Part shown: piece after piece, positions 14,968 through 21,555 of the stretch
How the letters are laid out: every line of letters starts with the position of its first letter
Position numbering within the stretch: the first letter of the stretch is position 1
Virus record (IMG/VR): IMGVR_UViG_3300045988_055685
Coordinates: 1-44,751 of that record
Reading direction: 5' to 3' (one strand)
DNA from: a virus
Length of the DNA stretch: 44,751 nt
The notes under the pieces: model-generated
The model's input: only the letters and a program-made list of their open reading frames with translations
What the model was told of the DNA's origin: nothing
The model's database searches: none
Made by a program: the position numbers and the translations under genes

Positions 14968-15134
14968 TTAACCTCTCCTTTCGTCTCATTTTTGGGATGA
15001 TTAAAGTATAGCACTATTTCTATATTGTGTCAACCACTTTTGGGACGATGATTGTTTTTTTTATTTTTATGTATTGCATTTTTGGGACACTTAATATATA
15101 ATAATCTTACACCGCATAAAGGAGGTGCTTAAAA
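14968..15134. promoter_or_regulatory. Lysis-lysogeny switch: divergent promoters plus TTTTGGGA(Y) operator-like repeats
   Basis: Minus promoter: TTGACA (15033-28), 17 nt, TATACT (15010-05). Plus promoter: TTGCAT (15074-79), 17 nt, TATAAT (15097-102). Repeats lie at 14990-99, 15038-47 and 15080-89, with a fourth inside palindrome CGTCCCtgttttGGGACG at 14742-59. Confidence 0.65.
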
Positions 15135-15788
15135 TTGAGCCAACTTTCAGAACGCATTCTTTCTGCTATCCAAGAAAAGAATTTATCTTATGGAGATTTA
15201 TCCGAAGCAACAGGAATCCCCAAGTCTGCTTTGCAACGATACGCTACGGGAGAAACTACTAAAATCCCTTTAGATAGGGTGCAGGCGATCGCTGCGGCTC
15301 TCAATATTAATACTGAATGGCTATTGGGATGGGAGCAAAGCAGTTTCTCCCTTGCTGAAAGCAATAAATCCCAGGGGTTGACATGTGTCCAATGTGCTGG
15401 ACCGGTAGCGGCCCATTTTGACGCAACACCGAACGAGGAGCATGAATATAGAGCGATCCCCCAAGAATGGTTGGGGCATCGTAAGCCAGAAGACTTTTTC
15501 ATTGCTATTGTGGATGGTGAATCTATGTACCCCATGTATTTAGACGGAGACGAAATTCTTTGTTTGAGATGTAATGATATGGGGTATTCCGGTCGAGTTG
15601 GCATAATGCTTTTCGGAGATGGAGAGGCAACCTTGAAAAAGATTGAATATAGGCTTGGTGAGGATTGGATTGATTTGGTGCCTATTAATCCCGAATATGC
15701 TACAAAAAGAATATCCGGCGCAGACCTTGATCAATGCCGTGTTGTTGGGCGAGTTGTAAGGGTTTTTCGTAGTGTTGATGAAATATAA
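15135..15788 (+). CDS. CI/LexA-like repressor (XRE HTH plus S24 peptidase domain)
   Basis: N-terminal HTH LSYGDLSEATGIPKSALQRYATG. C-terminal GESMYPMYLDGDEIL...ATLKKI carries the Ser/Lys dyad signature. TTG start sits behind AAAGGAGGTG. Confidence 0.85.
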   Translation: MSQLSERILSAIQEKNLSYGDLSEATGIPKSALQRYATGETTKIPLDRVQAIAAALNINTEWLLGWEQSSFSLAESNKSQGLTCVQCAGPVAAHFDATPNEEHEYRAIPQEWLGHRKPEDFFIAIVDGESMYPMYLDGDEILCLRCNDMGYSGRVGIMLFGDGEATLKKIEYRLGEDWIDLVPINPEYATKRISGADLDQCRVVGRVVRVFRSVDEI

Positions 15789-15839
15789 TCGATATGCTTA
15801 TTTATGGAACACAATACAGATAAGTAATGGGGGATATGT

Positions 15840-16451
15840 ATGTTCTGCACTAACTGTGGCACTAAATTTGAAGGCAATTTTTGCCCTAAATGCGGGCATC
15901 CCGCAAACGAAGAGCAGGCGGTATCTGCGCCTGCTCAGTCTCACGATTATTACGACAAAGAAGGGGATCTGATCGACCTTGCTACCATATATGGCGTGTA
16001 CAAAGACCGCTCAGGTATGGCGGGATTCTTTAGGAAGTGTACCGATTATGATTCCGAGACAATCGGTAAGGCGCTGGATTATATCGAAAGCAACATAACA
16101 CCTAAAGAGTACAGCATGATCGATACTATGAAAATGAAGCGGCAAATTGAGGCTCCGATTGAAAAACTCGATAAGCGACGGACGCAAAACGACCCAACGT
16201 TTAAAGTACATCTGGCTCAACTTGCCGAATTACAAAAAGCGAACAAGATGCAGAAGAAAGAGATGGATGCGCAAGCGCGCTGTCCCCGTTGCGGGTCAAC
16301 CTCTCTGTCTGCAAACAAAAAAGGATTCGGAATCGGAAAGGCTGTTTTAGGAGCTTCGGTCGCTGGACCATTCGGACTTGTCGCAGGAAACCTTGGGGCA
16401 AAGAAAATCCGTGTTACCTGCCTGAAATGCGGAAAGCAGTTTTGGGCATAG
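15840..16451 (+). CDS. Zinc-ribbon protein with C-terminal glycine-zipper segment (lysogeny-side accessory gene)
   Basis: N-terminal CTNCG..CPKCG. C-terminal CPRCGS...GFGIGKAVLGASVAGPFGLVAGNLGAKK...CLKCG. Confidence 0.6.
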   Translation: MFCTNCGTKFEGNFCPKCGHPANEEQAVSAPAQSHDYYDKEGDLIDLATIYGVYKDRSGMAGFFRKCTDYDSETIGKALDYIESNITPKEYSMIDTMKMKRQIEAPIEKLDKRRTQNDPTFKVHLAQLAELQKANKMQKKEMDAQARCPRCGSTSLSANKKGFGIGKAVLGASVAGPFGLVAGNLGAKKIRVTCLKCGKQFWA

Positions 16452-16490
16452 CACCACAAAATAAGACGTTACGAAAAGAGAACAAACGCC

Positions 16491-16691
16491 ATGACCGAAC
16501 CACGCATGATCGTAATATGCTCCAAATGCGGAACGCCCTGCCATACTCTCGGATACGATAAAGCTACCTGCTCATTCAAATACGACTACTCCAAGCCTTG
16601 CGGAAAATGCGGCGCTGCCGATTGGGTAGCGCATGAGGTCGGGCGAAACTGGAAAACCGGACTTTGGGAGAAAACAGAGAGGCACATTTGA
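16491..16691 (+). CDS. Small zinc-ribbon protein
   Basis: CSKCGTPC...CGKCG. Confidence 0.55.
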   Translation: MTEPRMIVICSKCGTPCHTLGYDKATCSFKYDYSKPCGKCGAADWVAHEVGRNWKTGLWEKTERHI

Positions 16692-16716
16692 CAAATAAAC
16701 ATAGAGCGGTTATAAT
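16688..16716 (+). promoter_or_regulatory. Consensus promoter of module-1 sRNA
   Basis: TTGACA (16688-93), 17 nt, TATAAT (16711-16). Confidence 0.65.
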
Positions 16717-16722
16717 AGACAT

Positions 16723-16818
16723 AGAAAAAGGGCGCAGCCGGTTGACGGTTATTCCCAAAGATTTAAGTCAGAAAATGACCGCTATCATTTGGACGTGAGG
16801 GCGGTCATTTTCTTTTGC
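16723..16818 (+). ncRNA. Candidate ~90-nt sRNA (module 1)
   Basis: 5' arm, then hairpin GAAAATGACCGC / GCGGTCATTTTC (16771-82 / 16801-12) with loop TATCATTTGGACGTGAGG, then TTTTCTTTT. Confidence 0.5.
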
Positions 16819-16891
16819 ATATCTGAACAATCAGACCAGCAAATGCCACAAGCAACATGAGAAGCTGAAAAAGCTCCGAGTATGTAACCAT
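16805..16891 (-). CDS. 28-aa hydrophobic peptide, Hol-Tox-like (candidate type I toxin)
   Basis: RBS GGGGAGGTGG. MVTYSELFQLLMLLVAFAGLIVQICKRK. The stop lies inside the hairpin stem. Confidence 0.5.
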   Translation of the reverse strand: MVTYSELFQLLMLLVAFAGLIVQICKRK

Positions 16892-17068
16892 AGCACCACC
16901 TCCCCTTTATGGGTTCGGTGGGAATAACCGCCAACCGCTGGCACGGCTGCGCCTTATCCACAGGATAACACAACAGCTTACAAAATACAAGAAAAATCCC
17001 GCCCCTGCGCTACCAACACAGAGACGGGATATGAGGGTAGAAACATTTGACCGATGCTCTACCCTCTT

Positions 17069-17097
17069 ATTATAGCTAAGATAGGAGGAAAACGCAA
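17069..17097 (-). promoter_or_regulatory. Minus-strand promoter overlapping the integrase RBS/start
   Basis: TTGCGT (17097-92), 17 nt, TATAAT (17074-69). It is followed by hairpin GAGGGTAGA..TCTACCCTC and a hairpin plus T-run at 16991-17028. Confidence 0.45.
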
Positions 17098-18197
17098 TGG
17101 CAAAAAGAAAAGACCCAGGCACATCGGACGGATATTTTCGCCATACCTGGACATTCGAGGGAAAGCGATATTCTGTTCGCGCCAAAGATGAAAAAGATTT
17201 ATGGCGTAAGGTCGCGGAAAAGCAACGGCTTTTGGAAAGTGGCATGATTACCACAACCGAGAACACGCCTGTAAAGAAGTGGTTTTCGGACTATTTGGAA
17301 ACATACAAGCGCGCATCTGTAACGTCCCAAACTTATGAGCAGCTTGTTGCATACTGTAGAAATTATATTTTCCCTGCGATTGGAAATACGCGAATTAAGG
17401 ATGTCAAACCTATTGACTTGCAGCGCATTATGAACGGATGCGCGGGCGGTTCAAGCAGTCAAGCAAACAAGTTAAGAAACCTTATTCGCGGCGCATTTAA
17501 ACAGGCCAGAATTGATCGTGTCATAATCTACGATCCCGCCGAAGCGCTGCAACTACCGGAAACCAAAAGCGGGACACACCGCGCTATCACCACAAATGAA
17601 AGGAAACACATTTTAGAGGTGTGTGAATCGCACCGTGCAGGTCTTTGGGTTCTGTTTATGTTGTACACCGGTGCGCGACCGTCGGAAACGCGTGCAGCGC
17701 TTTGGCAGGATATCGATTTCGACCGCCGTATTATCACGTTACATAGCTCAAAAACCGACTTTGGAGATCGGCGCGTACCGTGTCCTGATGTCCTGCACTC
17801 GCGTCTAAGCGCTGCGCAAGGCGAAGGGTATATATTCACCCAACCCACTACGGGGAAACCTCACACCAAAACATCTATGAGGCAGATGTGGGAAACATTC
17901 TGTCGTGCTGTAGATGTAAATATGGGCGCGAAAACATTTCGCGGCGCTGTTGTGCCAGAAACTTCGGTAATCGCTGACGATCTTACGCCATATTGCATGC
18001 GACATACTTACGCAACTGATTTGCAAACCGCAGGCGTTCCAATCAATGTTGCACGCGAATTATTGGGGCATAAAACGATAGATATGACATCCAGAATCTA
18101 TACACACCTTTCCGACAAAGCGTTTACAGATGCCGCCGAAAAGATTCTGCATTTCGAACGACAACAGGATTTAGGAAAAATATGTCGAATCGGTTAA
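17097..18197 (+). CDS. int: Tyrosine recombinase / phage integrase
   Basis: GARPSE...CMRHTYATDLQTAGVPINVARELLGHKTIDMTSRIYTH carries the R..HxxR..Y catalytic pattern. Confidence 0.9.
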   Translation: MAKRKDPGTSDGYFRHTWTFEGKRYSVRAKDEKDLWRKVAEKQRLLESGMITTTENTPVKKWFSDYLETYKRASVTSQTYEQLVAYCRNYIFPAIGNTRIKDVKPIDLQRIMNGCAGGSSSQANKLRNLIRGAFKQARIDRVIIYDPAEALQLPETKSGTHRAITTNERKHILEVCESHRAGLWVLFMLYTGARPSETRAALWQDIDFDRRIITLHSSKTDFGDRRVPCPDVLHSRLSAAQGEGYIFTQPTTGKPHTKTSMRQMWETFCRAVDVNMGAKTFRGAVVPETSVIADDLTPYCMRHTYATDLQTAGVPINVARELLGHKTIDMTSRIYTHLSDKAFTDAAEKILHFERQQDLGKICRIG

Positions 18198-18220
18198 TGT
18201 GTCACTTGGCGTGTCACCTG
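18197..18220 (+). repeat. GTGTCAC doublet, left copy (candidate Int arm-type site)
   Basis: ATGTGTCACTTGGCGTGTCACCTG. Compare with 18449-18473. Confidence 0.5.
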
Positions 18221-18276
18221 TTTTTATGAACGCTTTCAAGCATAGACCTTTAGCGGTTTATGAGCGTTTCAACGGA

Positions 18277-18324
18277 TGCCTTTTAAGCAGGGTGTCCGGA
18301 GTTCGAATCTCCGCTGGATCACCA
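18277..18324 (+). other. attP core: 3' portion of a tRNA (anticodon loop CTTTTAA, Lys-UUU-like; T-arm; acceptor 3' strand; CCA)
   Basis: ...GCCTTTTAAGCAGGGTGTC CGGAG TTCGAAT CTCCG CTGGATC A CCA. No matching 5' acceptor strand (GATCCAG) is present upstream, so this is a fragment and not a gene. Confidence 0.65.
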
Positions 18325-18330
18325 ACATTT

Positions 18331-18365
18331 ACCCCGCGCAACATTAAGTTGTGCGGGGATTTTTG
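18331..18365 (+). terminator. Hairpin plus T-run after the tRNA fragment (probably replaces the host tRNA terminator after integration)
   Basis: CCCCGCGCAAC attaa GTTGTGCGGGG ATTTTTG. Confidence 0.55.
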
Positions 18366-18448
18366 TACATAACCAGAACTTTTTATTAATATTTTTCATA
18401 TTCTTTGAAAATTATAAACGTCCATTTTCAGCCAAAACAAACCGTTTA

Positions 18449-18473
18449 AGTGTGTCACTTGATGTGTCACCTA
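18449..18473 (+). repeat. GTGTCAC doublet, right copy
   Basis: AGTGTGTCACTTGATGTGTCACCTA. Confidence 0.5.
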
Positions 18474-18475
18474 TT

Positions 18476-18503
18476 AAAAAAGGGGGCGGTTTCCCGCCCC
18501 CTC
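18476..18503 (-). terminator. Intrinsic terminator of the cargo operon
   Basis: Minus strand reads GGGGGCGG gaaa CCGCCCCC TTTTTT. Confidence 0.7.
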
Positions 18504-18506
18504 TGT

Positions 18507-19217
18507 TCAATGCTTCACAACGTACTCGTAATATGCAGAGAGCTTGTCGCTTACCGCATCCTTGTCATCAAGCCACGCCTTTGCCATATCGGCATAGAAG
18601 TCGATCTTGTTTACGCCATGCTTCTTGAATACCTCGCAGAAATCCGAGTAGAGCATGTTAAGCGCGGCATAAAACTCAGCAGGCTCGCATTGGATACCAT
18701 GCTGACGCATGACCTGTTCTGCCTGCTCCATCGTCCAGTGAGCGCCGGTTGTCCCGTCCTCATTCTTCATGCGCCGCGTCCAATCCTCTGCGGTCTGGCG
18801 GTCCATCTTCCCAACGCCTCGCATCATTTGTGCATGGCCCATCATGCGCCCATTCCCGCCGCGAAGTTCATCGCCTACATAAGAGCCGCCGTGCATATCC
18901 ATCCGATCATCACGAAACCCAATCGGCTGCATATAATCGTCCTCCTCATACATAGGGTAATGATAGACCGGCGGGATGTAGCCGCCTGGATATCTGCTTC
19001 TCGGCGCAAACCGTCCGTCAGAGTACCGGCGGTATCCACGGTCATACGGCTCCATCATTTCGGAGCGCGGGGCGAATCGCCCGTCGTCGTAGTGTTCGCG
19101 GCCGCGACGGTCGCGGAATTTGTCCTCCACATAATCGCGCGGGTAATCCTCGTATTCTACGCCGATCCTGCGGCGGCCACGACCGGAAAGCATCATCATC
19201 TTTGCAGTGCGCGTCAT
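18507..19217 (-). CDS. Hypothetical protein; R/D/Y-rich repeat N-terminus (DGRFAPRS x2) plus globular C-terminal domain
   Basis: Track ORF. A plus-strand 358-aa ORF overlaps it and is judged to be an antisense shadow. Confidence 0.55.
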   Translation of the reverse strand: MTRTAKMMMLSGRGRRRIGVEYEDYPRDYVEDKFRDRRGREHYDDGRFAPRSEMMEPYDRGYRRYSDGRFAPRSRYPGGYIPPVYHYPMYEEDDYMQPIGFRDDRMDMHGGSYVGDELRGGNGRMMGHAQMMRGVGKMDRQTAEDWTRRMKNEDGTTGAHWTMEQAEQVMRQHGIQCEPAEFYAALNMLYSDFCEVFKKHGVNKIDFYADMAKAWLDDKDAVSDKLSAYYEYVVKH

Positions 19218-19627
19218 TTGCTCACCGCCCCTCTGGTCGCGGGTGCGGGAGCGGCACCGCCGTCAATGCTGGCAAGGTTGTTGCTGGGTGCGCAGCAGGG
19301 ATTGCCCAGCATCCGGAACGAGCCGCCGGTCGCAGACGTGGAAACACAGGTCGCGTACCGTGTGCGGGTGCGGATGCCGGCCGCTGTTACCTGCGCACAG
19401 TTGCGCTTGGTCAGCGGATACAGCGTCGTACCCGTGCCGATGGTGATATACACCGGCGCGTTGATCGTGGCCGTGTCGGGGATTGCCTGCGCTACAACAA
19501 TGCAGTATTTCTCGCCGTTGTTATAGCTGCCGGCCGGAAGATTGATCTCCAGATTGCCGCCCGTGAACGTCACCGCCTGCGAGATCACCAGATTGGGGCA
19601 CAGCTTACATACAGGTTTGCAAGACAT
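19214..19627 (-). CDS. Hypothetical Cys-containing protein (137 aa)
   Basis: Start MSCKPVCKLCPN behind GGAGGTAGAATT. Confidence 0.55.
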   Translation of the reverse strand: MSCKPVCKLCPNLVISQAVTFTGGNLEINLPAGSYNNGEKYCIVVAQAIPDTATINAPVYITIGTGTTLYPLTKRNCAQVTAAGIRTRTRYATCVSTSATGGSFRMLGNPCCAPSNNLASIDGGAAPAPATRGAVSK

Positions 19628-19700
19628 AATTCTACCTCCAAAAATCAAGGGCGGCAGACTATTGCCCGCCGCCCGAAGTTATCACGGCGAATGCCGGAAA

Positions 19701-20450
19701 TCAGCAGCCACAGCCATAGCCGGAGCCGCAGAACGGATACGGCGCGGGGACCTGATAAGCCGGTACCGGCATCGGGTTGATGCGACGGATCAGCTCATTG
19801 GTCTGCGCGTCCAGCGTTGCGGTCAAGTAGCTGTTCTGGTTGGCCTGCGAAGCCGCCAGCTTGAGCGCCTGATTCTCGGACTGCAGCGAATCGATCTTGG
19901 ACTGTACCATGAAGTCCATCAGGCCGCGGTAGTTAGCGTTGGCGTTGTCGATGATGTCACGGGTCGAGTTCTGGATCGTGTTGCGGGTGTCGCAAGCCTG
20001 CGTCGCCATGTCATAGCGCACGCCCTGGATCGCGTTCTGGGTCTGGCAGCAGCAGTCCTGCAGATTGTAGCCAAGCTGGCACAGGGACTTGTCCACACCG
20101 TTAAAGCCCTGCAGCATTGCAACGTTGGTGCTGTTAAAGCCGCCGGTAACCGCGTTGTTCAGCGCATAGGTGGAATCGCAAATGCCCTGCTGGATTGCGG
20201 AAATGCCGCGCTCAAGGCCGTTGAATGCAATCGCCTCGTTTACATCGGCGCGGGTCGCAATGCCCTGCAGGCCAGGATCAGTGGACGCGCCGCCGCCGAA
20301 ACCGCCGAAGCCAAAGCCGCCGCGACCCCAGCCGAAAATCATGGCAAAGAGGATAATGGCCCACCAGCCATCACCGCCCCACATGCCGTTGCCGGAATTG
20401 TTACCGCTGTCCGAACCGAGCGCATAACCGGTTGCGAAATCGTTATCCAT
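19701..20450 (-). CDS. Hypothetical membrane protein: Gly/Trp-rich N-terminus with TM, N/Q-rich coiled region, CGSGYGCGC tail
   Basis: MWGGDGWWAIILFAMIFGWGRGGFGFGGFGGG... and a C-terminal PFCGSGYGCGC. Confidence 0.55.
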   Translation of the reverse strand: MDNDFATGYALGSDSGNNSGNGMWGGDGWWAIILFAMIFGWGRGGFGFGGFGGGASTDPGLQGIATRADVNEAIAFNGLERGISAIQQGICDSTYALNNAVTGGFNSTNVAMLQGFNGVDKSLCQLGYNLQDCCCQTQNAIQGVRYDMATQACDTRNTIQNSTRDIIDNANANYRGLMDFMVQSKIDSLQSENQALKLAASQANQNSYLTATLDAQTNELIRRINPMPVPAYQVPAPYPFCGSGYGCGC

Positions 20451-20578
20451 ATTAAATTTTCTCCTTTTCGTGTATTTACATCGGGGCCGTACGCTCCCCT
20501 GATGTTCAATGGGAAGCGGTTTTTTATCAGGAACCGAGTAAACCGAAAAAGAGATAGATTTTCAGAGGTATCTCTGTC

Positions 20579-20824
20579 TTATTTGAAAAGCTGGTTTGCC
20601 TGCCGCATGAACTGTTGCGGGTCTACGCCTGCCTCTTTCAGCATGTTCATTGCCGCCTGCTGGGGATTGCCGCCCTGCATGATCTGCCGCATCTGCGGAT
20701 TGCTCTGCGCCATCTGCTGCAGCGCCTGTTGCGGGGTCATGCCGCTGTTTTTCATCTGCATGATCTGGGCGACCATCGGGTTATTTGCCGTCAGCCCCTG
20801 CATGAGCATTTGAGCCATGTTCAT
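20579..20824 (-). CDS. Hypothetical Met/Gln-rich repeat protein (81 aa)
   Basis: RBS AGGAGGG lies 7 nt before the ATG. Sequence: MNMAQMLMQGLTANNPMVAQIMQMKNSGMTPQQALQQMAQSNPQMRQIMQGGNPQQAAMNML. Confidence 0.5.
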   Translation of the reverse strand: MNMAQMLMQGLTANNPMVAQIMQMKNSGMTPQQALQQMAQSNPQMRQIMQGGNPQQAAMNMLKEAGVDPQQFMRQANQLFK

Positions 20825-21215
20825 TAGTCGTCCCTCCTAACTGATCGCACAAGGCATTAAACCGCCTTGCAAGCTCGTCAAAGTCGGCCTTCTTTACATA
20901 TTCCGTAAAGTCGGGCTGCGGCGGTGCCTGATCCTGCACGCGCTGGTAGGCCGCAAAGTCCGCGCTGCCCGTCTGGAAATTAAGCTGCTTTGTATAAACG
21001 AATCCGTGCGAAATATCCGGCATGATCGTCAGCGCCCCGCCGAAATCCGTCTGCACGGCTCTTGCTTCATCCAGCGAAGCTACCGGCCGGACGATCGGGG
21101 CCGGAGGCTGCTGCGGCATGGACTGCTGCATCATCGGCTGCTGCATCATCGGCTGCTGATATGGCATCTGCTGCATTCCCTGATTGGGCAGATATGTTTG
21201 ATAAGGATACGCCAT
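20781..21215 (-). CDS. Hypothetical protein with Q/M/P-rich N-terminus
   Basis: MAYPYQTYLPNQGMQQMPYQQPMMQQPMMQQSMPQQPP... Its 3' end overlaps the next gene by 44 nt. Confidence 0.5.
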   Translation of the reverse strand: MAYPYQTYLPNQGMQQMPYQQPMMQQPMMQQSMPQQPPAPIVRPVASLDEARAVQTDFGGALTIMPDISHGFVYTKQLNFQTGSADFAAYQRVQDQAPPQPDFTEYVKKADFDELARRFNALCDQLGGTTNEHGSNAHAGADGK

Positions 21216-21388
21216 TATCCCAGCACCTCCGTTACATGCTCACTGATAGAACGTTTTTCGCTCTCTTTATAGTTGATATAATCCGCTAAATCCTTGAGCT
21301 TCCCCGTGGAAGTAAAATCGTCTACAATACGCCTTGCACATTCCGGCGCATATCCAAGCCGCTCAAGGCGCTGCTCGTAAGCTACCAT
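21215..21388 (-). CDS. Hypothetical small protein (57 aa)
   Basis: Start re-picked at MVAYEQRLERLGY behind GAGAGGA. Confidence 0.4.
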   Translation of the reverse strand: MVAYEQRLERLGYAPECARRIVDDFTSTGKLKDLADYINYKESEKRSISEHVTEVLG

Positions 21389-21522
21389 TCCAATCACGTC
21401 CTCTCTGTGGAAAACGGCGCTCGGCGACGTGAACCGAGCGTTTTTCCGTTCTCCATGATTTAATTGTAGGACAAACCGTGATTTGATGTGTGCGCTTGTG
21501 TTGCGTTTGTGTGCGTTTGTGT

Positions 21523-21555
21523 GCAAAAGCAAACCCCGTGGGTTCTCCCACGGGG
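21523..21555 (-). terminator. Intrinsic terminator after the small regulator gene
   Basis: Minus strand reads CCCCGTGGG agaa CCCACGGGG TTTGCTTTTGC. Confidence 0.65.

Larger units (their letters stand above)
16688..17028. other. Small-RNA / hydrophobic-peptide module, copy 1 (type I toxin-antitoxin-like)
   Basis: Convergent promoters and a conserved-loop hairpin. Inverted arms 16730-56 (GGGCGCAGCCGGTTGACGGTTATTCCC) and 16920-53 (GGGAATAACCGCCAACCGCTGGCACGGCTGCGCC) flank a 28-aa ORF. Confidence 0.6.

Noticed and set aside
16785-17266. Minus-strand ORFs 16785-16973 (62 aa) and 16907-17266 (119 aa)
   Set aside because: The first merges the small peptide region with UTR sequence in another frame. 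The second runs antisense over the integrase start. Neither has an RBS. The 28-aa ORF with a strong RBS is the better reading.
18450-20813. Long plus-strand ORFs 18450-19526 (358 aa) and 19542-20813 (423 aa)
   Set aside because: They are antisense to the minus-strand cargo genes, which have RBSs, a terminator and operon-like spacing. The plus-frame products are Arg/Ala/His/Val-rich with no motifs. The minus-strand proteins are themselves unusual, so this call should be rechecked with codon-usage statistics.
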